Source of the DNA: an uncultured Actinomycetota bacterium
Lineage (GTDB): Bacteria; Actinomycetota; UBA4738; HRBIN12
NCBI GenBank assembly: GCA_963762015.1
Contig: CAVXJL010000002.1
Coordinates: 469,171-533,170, forward strand
Reading direction: 5' to 3'
Length of the DNA: 64,000 nucleotides
Both the position numbers and the translations under genes were made by a program. The notes below the pieces were generated by a model. The model did not search any database and was not told where the DNA came from. It worked only from the letters and a program-made list of their open reading frames with translations. The first letter of the stretch is position 1, and each line of letters begins with the position of its first letter. Shown here one piece after another: positions 8,048 to 16,268 of the stretch.

Positions 8048-9610
8048 GTGTGGGAGCATCGACGCGTGGAAGCGAGTCGGCGGCCTCGTCACGATGATCG
8101 GCCGTTCGCGGTGGTGGACGTCGGGTCGAACTCGGCACGGATGATCGTCTTCCGACTGCGCCCGGGCGAGCACCTGGACGTGCTCGAAGATGCGCGTGCG
8201 CCGCTCCGCCTCGGCCGAGAGCTGCGCGACGACGACAGCCTCGGGTCGGAGGCGATCGACCGAACCCTCGAGACGCTCCGAGATTTCAAGGCGGTCGCCG
8301 ACGGCGCGGGAGCGAGCCGCATGATCGCCGTCGCGACCTCCGCCGTCCGCGAGTCCCGCGACGGGGGGCGGCTCGTGAAGCAGGCGCACGCGTTGGGGGT
8401 GCCGCTGGAAGTGATCGACGGTGACCTCGAGGCCAGGTTCGGCTTCCTGGGCGCCGTGCACGACCTGCCGGTCGTCCACGGCGCCGCGATGGACGTGGGC
8501 GGCGGGAGCATGGAGCTCACGAGCTTCCACGACCGGCGGTTCGATCGATCCTGGACGTTCCCGTTCGGGTCACTCCGCGTGAGCGACCGGTTCCTCGCTT
8601 CGGACCCGCCTTCGGATCGCGAGATGAAGGACCTCCGAAAGGCGGTCGCGGCGGCGCTCGAGGGATCGGGCGTGCCCGAGCTGGGTGAGCAGGGGGATCT
8701 CGTGGGGATCGGGGGCACCGTGCGGAACCTCGCCAAGATGGACCTCCGCCGGACCGATCATCCGTTGCCGCTCCTCCACGGATACGAGCTCCTGGAGGGG
8801 AACCTCGAATCGATCATCGATGATCTCGCGGCGCGCACGATGAAGCGCCGCGCGCGGCTCCGCGGGCTCAACCCGGACCGCGCCGACTCGATCGTGGGGG
8901 GCGCGCTCGTCGTGCTCGCCGCGATGCGACACCTCGGCGTGGACCGAGTGGTGGTCTCGAGTCGAGGACTTCGCGAGGGCCTCGCGCTGGGAGACCTCTC
9001 GTCGATCCCCTCGCCTCGAGAGGTGCGGACGATCTCCGCGGCCACGCTCGCCGCTCGGTTCGCGACATGGGCCGTGACCATCGCGGAGCGCCGCTCCTCG
9101 CTCGCCGTCCAGCTGATCCAGGCGCTCGATCCCGATGCGACCCCTTTCGTGGTGGAGATGCTGGAGCACGCCGCCACGCTGCTCGACGTGGGAAAGGCGA
9201 TCGATCACTACGAACGGTTCGAGCACGCCGCGATGATCGTGACCACGGCGGACCTCGCCGGATTCACCCACGAGGCCCTCGGCATCCTGTCCGCGATCCT
9301 CCGACACGCGGGAGGGGCGGCGAGCCTCGGGCCGTACGCACGGTTGATCCCGGCCGACGAGCGACCCGCGGTTCGACGGACGGCCGTCGCGCTCGCCCTC
9401 GCGGAAGAGCTTCACCGACGCATCCCCCCCGGAGAACCGGCCACGATCACTTGCCGGTGGCGAGGCCGGTTCGAGGTCGAGGCCCCGGTCCCGGCCCCGT
9501 GGAATCCCAGGAGCGTCGCCGATCGGTTCCGAGCGGTCTTCGGTGCGAAGCTCTCCATCCTGCCCGCGCCGGAGGCTCGGCAGCTCAACCCGGTGATGGC
9601 ACCCGACTAG
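8048..9610 (+). CDS. ppx: Ppx/GppA family exopolyphosphatase / guanosine pentaphosphatase
   Basis: 520 aa. FAVVDVGSNSARMIVFRL is ASKHA phosphate-1; also present are AVATSAVRES and DVGGGSMEL. The C-terminal helical region is HD-like. The exact start is uncertain. Confidence 0.85.
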   Translation: MWEHRRVEASRRPRHDDRPFAVVDVGSNSARMIVFRLRPGEHLDVLEDARAPLRLGRELRDDDSLGSEAIDRTLETLRDFKAVADGAGASRMIAVATSAVRESRDGGRLVKQAHALGVPLEVIDGDLEARFGFLGAVHDLPVVHGAAMDVGGGSMELTSFHDRRFDRSWTFPFGSLRVSDRFLASDPPSDREMKDLRKAVAAALEGSGVPELGEQGDLVGIGGTVRNLAKMDLRRTDHPLPLLHGYELLEGNLESIIDDLAARTMKRRARLRGLNPDRADSIVGGALVVLAAMRHLGVDRVVVSSRGLREGLALGDLSSIPSPREVRTISAATLAARFATWAVTIAERRSSLAVQLIQALDPDATPFVVEMLEHAATLLDVGKAIDHYERFEHAAMIVTTADLAGFTHEALGILSAILRHAGGAASLGPYARLIPADERPAVRRTAVALALAEELHRRIPPGEPATITCRWRGRFEVEAPVPAPWNPRSVADRFRAVFGAKLSILPAPEARQLNPVMAPD

Positions 9611-9622
9611 AGTAGGAGAGGA

Positions 9623-10831
9623 TCAGCGGCGGGGTGCCGCCGGAAGCGTGACCCGGAACGTCGTCCCCAGGCCGAGCTCGCTCTCGACCTCGAGGCTGCC
9701 GCCGTGGTTGTCGACCACGTGCTTCACGATCGCGAGGCCGAGTCCCGTGCCGCCCGTCTCCCGGGATCGGGCCCGGTCGACGCGATAGAAGCGCTCGAAG
9801 ATCCGAGAGAGGTCTCGGGAGGGGATCCCGACCCCCGTGTCGGTGACGCGCAGCCTCACCTCTTCCCCATCGGAATCGACTTCGACCTGCACCTTGTTCC
9901 CCTCGTGGCTGTAGCGGACCGCGTTGTCGATGAGGTTTCGCACCAGCAGTGTGAGATCCCTTTGCGATCCGCGGACCGGCTGTTCGCTCTCTGTCAGGAT
10001 CTCCAAGGTCACCCCCGCCCGCTCGGCCGACTCCTCCAGCCGCTGCCCTTCCTCGCGGGCTGCCGCCCCCAACGACACGATCTCGTCGAGCGCGCTCCCG
10101 GACTCAAGCCTCGAGAGGTCGAGCAGGTCGGCGACGATGCGTGAGAGGCGAACGGCCTCGCGCTCGAGTTGCGACGCGAACCGAGGGACCGCCGCCGGGT
10201 CATCCGCCGCGGCCTGGCCGAGGGTTTCGGCGACCGCCTGGATGGTGGCGGCAGGCGTCTTGAGCTCGTGGGAGGCGTTCGCCACGAAGTCCCGTCGCAC
10301 GTCCTCGAGTTGGCGTTGCTGGGTGACGTCGCGCACGACGACGAGCGTCGCGCCGTCGGCGGCAGGGGTGATCGTTCCTCGCAGCCAGCGTGTCGGCACG
10401 CCCGTTTCGACTAGCACCGATGTGGGCTCGAGACGTTCGCGACTGTCCTGGATCGCGGTCCTGAGGGCCAGCGGCAACACCGCGTCGAGGGACGCGGGGA
10501 TCGAGGGAAGATGTCGGTCGATGGCGTCGTTCGCGAACGCCACGCCGGCATCTCGCCCGATCAGCAAGACGCCGTCGTGCATCGTCGACAGGACCAGGTC
10601 GCGGACCTGACGCTCGTCACGGGCCTCGAGCACCCGCTCCCTGCCGGCCGTCTCGGCCGCGAGCGCGCGTGCCTCCCACTCGGCGCCCGAGGCCGCGGCG
10701 CGGCGCCACGCCCACCAAGCCACCGAGAGGACGGCGAGGGCCACCACGAGCACCGCCGTTGTCGCCGGGTCCACGCCCGGGAGTGTAGGCGCGTGTTCAC
10801 CTCGTTCATGAGCGGTTCCGACTCCCTTCAC
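9623..10831 (-). CDS. Sensor histidine kinase, SenX3/PhoR-like
   Basis: 402 aa: TM, PAS, then HisKA with H-box ASHELKTPAATIQ. HATPase motifs are NLIDNAVRYS, DTGVGI and GGTGLGLAI. It is transcribed divergently from pstS. Confidence 0.85.
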   Translation of the reverse strand: MKGVGTAHERGEHAPTLPGVDPATTAVLVVALAVLSVAWWAWRRAAASGAEWEARALAAETAGRERVLEARDERQVRDLVLSTMHDGVLLIGRDAGVAFANDAIDRHLPSIPASLDAVLPLALRTAIQDSRERLEPTSVLVETGVPTRWLRGTITPAADGATLVVVRDVTQQRQLEDVRRDFVANASHELKTPAATIQAVAETLGQAAADDPAAVPRFASQLEREAVRLSRIVADLLDLSRLESGSALDEIVSLGAAAREEGQRLEESAERAGVTLEILTESEQPVRGSQRDLTLLVRNLIDNAVRYSHEGNKVQVEVDSDGEEVRLRVTDTGVGIPSRDLSRIFERFYRVDRARSRETGGTGLGLAIVKHVVDNHGGSLEVESELGLGTTFRVTLPAAPRR

Positions 10832-10890
10832 CTGTTGTCCGCCGATCCCGAGAGCGGAGCGTCCGGCATGGTGAGGAGCGGGGGGATGGG

Positions 10891-10912
10891 GTTCACCGCG
10901 CGTTCACTTTGC
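10891..10912 (+). promoter_or_regulatory. Candidate PHO box: two 11-nt direct repeat units GTTCACCGCGC GTTCACTTTGC
   Basis: Two exactly 11-nt-phased GTTCAC units lie about 85 nt upstream of the pstS ATG, in the divergent kinase/pstS intergenic region. They resemble the G(G/T)TCAYYYR(G/C)G direct-repeat units bound by actinobacterial PhoP/RegX3-type regulators. Confidence 0.5.
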
Positions 10913-10997
10913 TGCCACGGCCCCGCCATCCAGGCCACCTAGCATCGCGTTGGGAGTCGATCCCCGGGATGGGGACGTCGCGAACGGGAGGGGGAGT

Positions 10998-12014
10998 ATG
11001 ACCAGGAAGCCCTGGAGACGATCGGTGTTCGCCATGGTCGCGCTGTCGATGGTGGCGGCTGCCTGCGGGGACAACGGCGATACCCCGGAAGGTCCCAGTG
11101 GTTTGACGGGTTCGATCACGATCTCCGGATCGTCGACCGTCGAGCCGATCTCTGCGTTGACGGCCGAGCTGTTCAACGACCCGAACCCCGACGTCAGGAT
11201 CAGCGTCAACGGACCCGGAACAGGCGACGGCTTCGAACTCTTCTGCCAGGGGGAGATCGACATCGCCGACGCGTCGAGACCGATCGACGAGGATGAGGTC
11301 ACGGCCTGCCAGGACGGCGCGATCGAATACGAGGAGCTGGAGGTCGCGCTCGACGGCATCACGGTGATGGTCAACGCGGCCAGCTCGATCGAGTGCGTGA
11401 CGACGGCCGACCTCTACGGGATCTTCGGGCCCGAGTCAGACGGGATCGACTCGACGACCGATGCGAACGCGCTCTCTCAGGAGCTGGGCGGTCCCGGGAA
11501 CATGCCCGCGCAGGATCTGGAGATCACCGCTCCCGGCGAGGAGTCGGGGACCTATGACGCGTTCCTCGATCTCGTCGGCATCGAGGACTTGGCCATCGAG
11601 AACGGCGTCGCCGAGGACGCGGCTGCTGCCCTCCGCTCCGATTACACGTCCTCGGGGAACGACAATGTGATCATCCAGGCGATGGAGGGGAGCCCCAACG
11701 CGATGGGATTCGTCGGGTTCGCGTTCGCCGAGGAGGCGGGTGATCAGGTGAAGGAGGTCGCGATCGATACGGGGGACGGATGTGTGGCGCCGACCGCCGA
11801 CACGATCGCCGACGGAAGCTACCCCTTGTCTCGGTCGCTCTACATCTACCCGAACGTTGGGACCGCGACCGAGGACGAGGCTGTGAAGGGGTTCGTCGAC
11901 TTCTACCTGACCGAGGAAGGGCTCGTGACCGCGGTCGAGGAGGCGGGCTACATCGTTCTCCCCGCCGACCGTCAGGACGCCAGCCGATCGGCGTGGGAGT
12001 CGGCGGTCTCGTGA
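10998..12014 (+). CDS. pstS: Phosphate ABC transporter substrate-binding lipoprotein
   Basis: The ATG at 10998 follows the SD-like GGGAGGGGGAG. The signal and lipobox are MTRKPWRRSVFAMVALSMVAAAC. GSSTVEPI...NGPGTGDGF is the PstS/PBP fold. pstCAB follow. Confidence 0.9.
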   Translation: MTRKPWRRSVFAMVALSMVAAACGDNGDTPEGPSGLTGSITISGSSTVEPISALTAELFNDPNPDVRISVNGPGTGDGFELFCQGEIDIADASRPIDEDEVTACQDGAIEYEELEVALDGITVMVNAASSIECVTTADLYGIFGPESDGIDSTTDANALSQELGGPGNMPAQDLEITAPGEESGTYDAFLDLVGIEDLAIENGVAEDAAAALRSDYTSSGNDNVIIQAMEGSPNAMGFVGFAFAEEAGDQVKEVAIDTGDGCVAPTADTIADGSYPLSRSLYIYPNVGTATEDEAVKGFVDFYLTEEGLVTAVEEAGYIVLPADRQDASRSAWESAVS

Positions 12015-12029
12015 CCGACATCCGTGTGA

Positions 12030-12061
12030 GGGGTGGGCGCCGCATCCGCGGCGCTCACCCC
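12030..12061 (+). promoter_or_regulatory. Strong GC hairpin between pstS and pstC (no U-tract)
   Basis: GGGTGGGCGCCGC (12031-12043) pairs with GCGGCGCTCACCC (12048-12060) as 13 bp with one G.U, plus one flanking G-C pair. The loop is ATCC. It sits after the pstS stop and before the likely pstC ATG at 12090. Confidence 0.45.
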
Positions 12062-12089
12062 CGCCCGGAGCGATAGGCTCACGCGCAGG

Positions 12090-13040
12090 ATGGCCACCTC
12101 CGCGACCGGGCAGGGAGGGAAGGTCCTCGCGTCGCTGCAGGGGAACCCACGAAGGCGGCGCAAGGAGAAGACGATCCAGGCGGTGCTTTCGGGGGCTGCC
12201 GGCGTGTCGATCCTCATCAGCGCGGGGATCGTGGTCTCCCTGCTCTTCCGGGCTCTGAACTTCCTCTCCGATGTGGATCTGAGCGCATTGTGGTCCGGCA
12301 TCTGGCGGCCACGACAGCGACAGTTCGACCTCGTGTCGCTCTTCCTGGGCTCGTTCGTCGTGACGGTGATCGCCATGGTCGTCGCCACCCCACTCGGGCT
12401 GGGCGCGGCGATCTATCTCTCCGAATACGCGCGTCCTCGCGTCCGACGGATGCTGAAGCCCGTGTTGGAGACGCTCGCCGGCATCCCCAGCGTCGTGATC
12501 GGCTTCTTCGCCCTGACCCTCATCAATCCGGTCATCGTGCAGGGAGTGTTCGGAGCGACGAACACGTTCACGATGATGGCGGCGGGGATCGGCGTCGGCA
12601 TCCTCACGATCCCGCTCGTCGCCTCGGTCGCAGAGGATGCGATGTACGCGGTCCCCGGGGCCCTCCGCGAAGCGGCGTACGGGATCGGCGCACGCCGGCG
12701 AACGGTCACGATACGCGTGGTCTTCCCCGCCGCGATCTCCGGCATCGTGGCGGCGCTGATCCTCGGCGTCTCGCGCGCGCTCGGCGAGACGATGGTGGTG
12801 GCGATCGCGGCGGGTGCCACGGGGAACGCGAGCCGCACGATCGATCCCCTCGATCCGAACCAGACGCTCACCGCGGCGATCGCGTCGCTCGCCATCGGGT
12901 CGGATCAGGTGAAGACCGCAGGATCCGGTCTGAACGCCTTCGAGGTCCTGTACCTGCTCGGATTGATCCTCTTCGTCTTCACCTTCGCCCTCAACCTCGT
13001 CAGCGAGCGCTACGTGAGGCGCGTGCGGAGGCACTACTGA
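12090..13040 (+). CDS. pstC: Phosphate ABC transporter permease PstC
   Basis: Multi-TM permease with the EAA-like loop (ASVAEDAMYAVPGALREAAYGIGARRRTVT). I prefer the ATG at 12090 (MATSATGQGGK) to the track start at 12033, which lies inside the hairpin. Confidence 0.88.
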   Translation: MATSATGQGGKVLASLQGNPRRRRKEKTIQAVLSGAAGVSILISAGIVVSLLFRALNFLSDVDLSALWSGIWRPRQRQFDLVSLFLGSFVVTVIAMVVATPLGLGAAIYLSEYARPRVRRMLKPVLETLAGIPSVVIGFFALTLINPVIVQGVFGATNTFTMMAAGIGVGILTIPLVASVAEDAMYAVPGALREAAYGIGARRRTVTIRVVFPAAISGIVAALILGVSRALGETMVVAIAAGATGNASRTIDPLDPNQTLTAAIASLAIGSDQVKTAGSGLNAFEVLYLLGLILFVFTFALNLVSERYVRRVRRHY

Positions 13041-13984
13041 TGGGCGCGGTCGTCCCTGCCGCGTCGCGCACCACGGTGGAGCTGGCGCTTCGAGGACAGC
13101 GGAGAGATGTGCAGGGCCGGTTGTTCGCCGGAGCGTTGCTGCTCACTTTGCTCTTGTCGTTCTTCGTGCTCCTGGTCCTGCTCGGCTCCGTGGTGAGTGA
13201 CGCATGGCCCGTGCTCTCGGAGCGCGGGCTCGGTTTCCTGAACGACAACCTGTCACGCTTCGAGTCGCGAGCAGGGGTGCGGCAGGGGTTGATCGGTTCC
13301 CTGGTGCTCATCGCCTTCGTGGGGGTGATCGCCGTCCCGCTCGGGATCGCCGCAGCGGTATACCTGGAGGAGTACGCACGCGACACCCGCGTCAACCGCG
13401 TCCTGATCACCAATATCCGCAACCTGGCCGGTGTGCCTTCGATCGTGTACGGCATCTTCGGAGTGGTGGTGTTCGCGGAGACGCTGCGCAGCGTCACGGG
13501 ACCTCAGTCGTCGGGTCTGAGCTACATCACCGGTGGACTCACGCTCGCGGTCCTCGTGATGCCGTTCATGATCATCATCACGATGGAGGCGCTCCGGGCG
13601 GTGCCGCGAGGGATCAGAGAAGCGGCCTATGGCGTGGGCGCCACCCGATGGGAAGTCGTCAAGAGCCACGTGCTGCCGTATGCGGCGCCCGGCGTCTTCA
13701 CGGGGGCGATCCTCGCCCTCGCCCGCGCGTTCGGCGAGACCGCTCCTCTGTTGCTCGTGGGGGCGGTCACCGGCTACCTGAGCCCCGGGGGATCGGGGAA
13801 CGTGATCGAGACGCTCCAGGGCAGCTATACGGCCCTTCCCACGATCATCTTCGCGTGGTCCCGTGAGCACGGCGACGAATGGGCGCAGCTGACGGCGGCC
13901 GCCATCGTGGTCCTGCTCGCGGTGATCCTGATCGTGAACCTGGGTGCCATCGTCCTGAGGAACCGGTATGAACGGAAGTGGTGA
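13040..13984 (+). CDS. pstA: Phosphate ABC transporter permease PstA
   Basis: The ATG at 13040 overlaps the pstC stop (TGATG). The product is [11 protein letters not shown]...[28 protein letters not shown]..., a typical PstA. Confidence 0.88.
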   Translation: MGAVVPAASRTTVELALRGQRRDVQGRLFAGALLLTLLLSFFVLLVLLGSVVSDAWPVLSERGLGFLNDNLSRFESRAGVRQGLIGSLVLIAFVGVIAVPLGIAAAVYLEEYARDTRVNRVLITNIRNLAGVPSIVYGIFGVVVFAETLRSVTGPQSSGLSYITGGLTLAVLVMPFMIIITMEALRAVPRGIREAAYGVGATRWEVVKSHVLPYAAPGVFTGAILALARAFGETAPLLLVGAVTGYLSPGGSGNVIETLQGSYTALPTIIFAWSREHGDEWAQLTAAAIVVLLAVILIVNLGAIVLRNRYERKW

Positions 13985-14867
13985 GGACATGGATGTATCC
14001 GAGATGACACAGGCGGAGACCCCCGCCGGGGCGCCCGAGCCACGACTGGTCGTTCGACGCGCCGCCGGAGACGATGTCGTGGAGGTGGAGCGCGAGACCG
14101 TTTTCGATATCCATGATGTGTCGGTCTACTACGGCACGTTCCGAGCCGTCCGCGACCTGACGTTGCCGATCGCACGCAACGAGATCACGGCACTGATCGG
14201 CCCCTCGGGCTGCGGGAAGACGACCTTCCTTCGTTGCCTCAACCGGATGAACGACCTGATCGAGGGTGCCCGGGTCGAGGGGACGATCCTCTACCACGGC
14301 GTCGATCTCTACGACGAGCAGGTGGACCCCGTGGAGGTACGTCGACGCATCGGGATGGTGTTCCAGAAGCCGAATCCCTTCCCGAAGTCGATCTACGACA
14401 ACGTCGCGTTCGGGCCTCGGATCGCGGGGTACAAGGGCAACATGGACGAGCTCGTGGAGGAGTCGCTTCGGCGAGCCGCGCTTTGGGACGAGGTGAGCAG
14501 CAAGCTGAAGGATTCGGCGATGGCGCTCTCCGGGGGACAGCAACAGCGACTCTGCATCGCCCGGGCGATCGCGACGAAGCCCGACGTGATCCTCATGGAC
14601 GAACCGTGCTCCGCGCTCGACCCCATCGCCACGGCCAAGATCGAAGACCTGATGCGCGACCTGGTCTCCGAGTACACGATCGTGATCGTGACGCACAACA
14701 TGCAGCAAGCGGCGCGGGTCTCGGACCGTACCGCGTTCTTCACGGTCGACGTCGCGCCGGACGGGCACCGGACGGGCCACATCGTGGAGTTCGACCGGAC
14801 CGAGAACATCTTCACCAACCCGTCCGATCAGCGAACGGAGGACTACGTGACGGGGAGGTTCGGATGA
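13968..14867 (+). CDS. pstB: Phosphate ABC transporter ATP-binding protein
   Basis: Walker [10 protein letters not shown], signature LSGGQQQRL, Walker [12 protein letters not shown], and the PstB-typical C-terminus [10 protein letters not shown]. Confidence 0.92.
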   Translation: MNGSGEDMDVSEMTQAETPAGAPEPRLVVRRAAGDDVVEVERETVFDIHDVSVYYGTFRAVRDLTLPIARNEITALIGPSGCGKTTFLRCLNRMNDLIEGARVEGTILYHGVDLYDEQVDPVEVRRRIGMVFQKPNPFPKSIYDNVAFGPRIAGYKGNMDELVEESLRRAALWDEVSSKLKDSAMALSGGQQQRLCIARAIATKPDVILMDEPCSALDPIATAKIEDLMRDLVSEYTIVIVTHNMQQAARVSDRTAFFTVDVAPDGHRTGHIVEFDRTENIFTNPSDQRTEDYVTGRFG

Positions 14868-15556
14868 CGCGCGAGCATTTCCATGAGCAGCTCGAGAGAC
14901 TGGAGCTGCAGCTCCTCTCGATGGGTGAGCTCGCGTCCGTGGCCGTCCAGCGTTCCGTCGAGTCCCTCGTGCAGCACGACGACATCAAGGCGCAGCGCGT
15001 GATCGACGACGATGACGCCGTCGACGACCTGTACCTCGCGATCGATCACGACCTGCTGGAGATGCTCGCCCTCCAGTCCCCGGTCGCCACTCAGCTGCGG
15101 CTCGTCTCGGCGATCCTCCACAGCTGTCTCCACCTGGAGAGGATCGGGGATCAGGCCGTGAACATCGCGAAGCTCTATCTCGCGACCCGGGACCTGCCTC
15201 CCAGTCAGAGCCTGCTCCAGCAGCTCGACGAGATGGGTGCGTATGTCGTCGCGATGATCCGCACCGCCTTGGAGGCCTTCCGCACCCGAGACCTGGAGCT
15301 CTGCCTGAAGTTGCCGACGATGGACGACCCCGTGGATCGGCTCAATCGCGGCACGCACCTCGAAGCGTTGAAGCTTGCCGACGACCCGCGCGCACTGGAC
15401 TGGGGTCTGCACATGAACCTCGCGGCTCGAGCACTGGAGCGCGTCGGCGACAACGCGGTGGACATCGCCGAGCAGGTGGGATTCTTGATCACGGGAGAGT
15501 TTCGCGAATTCACGGACGCTTCTCATGAGGTCCCGAGCGCGGGGGCGGATGCGTGA
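14864..15556 (+). CDS. phoU: Phosphate signalling complex protein PhoU
   Basis: The ATG at 14864 overlaps the pstB stop (ATGA). The two PhoU repeats carry the conserved E/D-x3-D motifs ([11 protein letters not shown]..., [24 protein letters not shown]). Confidence 0.9.
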   Translation: MTREHFHEQLERLELQLLSMGELASVAVQRSVESLVQHDDIKAQRVIDDDDAVDDLYLAIDHDLLEMLALQSPVATQLRLVSAILHSCLHLERIGDQAVNIAKLYLATRDLPPSQSLLQQLDEMGAYVVAMIRTALEAFRTRDLELCLKLPTMDDPVDRLNRGTHLEALKLADDPRALDWGLHMNLAARALERVGDNAVDIAEQVGFLITGEFREFTDASHEVPSAGADA

Positions 15557-16254
15557 CCGAGGAAGCCATCCCGATCCGGATCCTCCTCGTTGAGGACGAA
15601 GAGTCCCTCGCGGACTCCGTCCGCTACAACCTCGAACGCGAGGGGTATTCGGTGGCGGTCGCGTCGGACGGCCGGAAGGCGCTCGAACGCTTCCGCGCCG
15701 ACAGTCCAGCCCTCGTCATCCTCGATCTCATGTTGCCCGAGATGTCCGGGCTCGACGTCTGCCGGCAGATCCGTCAGATCTCGACCGTCCCCATCATCAT
15801 GGTGACCGCGAAGGACTCGGAGGCGGACAAGGTCTCCGGCCTCGAGATCGGCGCCGATGACTACGTCACGAAGCCGTTCTCGGTCCGTGAGCTCGTCTCC
15901 CGTGTGCGAGCCCACCTTCGCCGGGCGGGGATGCGCGCAGACGAACCCGAGGAGGACGTCCTCAGCGGCGGTCCGGTGTCCCTCGACGTCGCGAAGCACG
16001 AGGTCGTCGTCCGGGGCGAGACGGTCGGGTTCCCTCCCAAGGAGTTCGAGCTGCTCGAGGCGTTCCTCCGCCGGCAAGGGAGGCTCCTCACACGCGACTT
16101 CCTCATCGAGGAGGTCTGGGGTGCAGGCTATTTCGGTGATACCAAAACATTGGACGTCCACGTCAAAAGGATCCGGAAGAAGGTGGAGCAGGATCCGCAC
16201 CTCCCCAAGCACCTCGTCACCGTGAGGGGCCTCGGCTACAAGTTCATCGGCTGA
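15553..16254 (+). CDS. OmpR-family response regulator (RegX3/PhoP-like)
   Basis: 233 aa. The receiver has RILLVEDEE...LVILDLMLPEMSG...KPF. The winged-helix output has LTRDFLIEEVWG...TVRGLGYKF. The start overlaps the phoU stop (GTGA). Confidence 0.88.
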   Translation: MTEEAIPIRILLVEDEESLADSVRYNLEREGYSVAVASDGRKALERFRADSPALVILDLMLPEMSGLDVCRQIRQISTVPIIMVTAKDSEADKVSGLEIGADDYVTKPFSVRELVSRVRAHLRRAGMRADEPEEDVLSGGPVSLDVAKHEVVVRGETVGFPPKEFELLEAFLRRQGRLLTRDFLIEEVWGAGYFGDTKTLDVHVKRIRKKVEQDPHLPKHLVTVRGLGYKFIG

Positions 16255-16268
16255 GCCGCCCGCACTCG

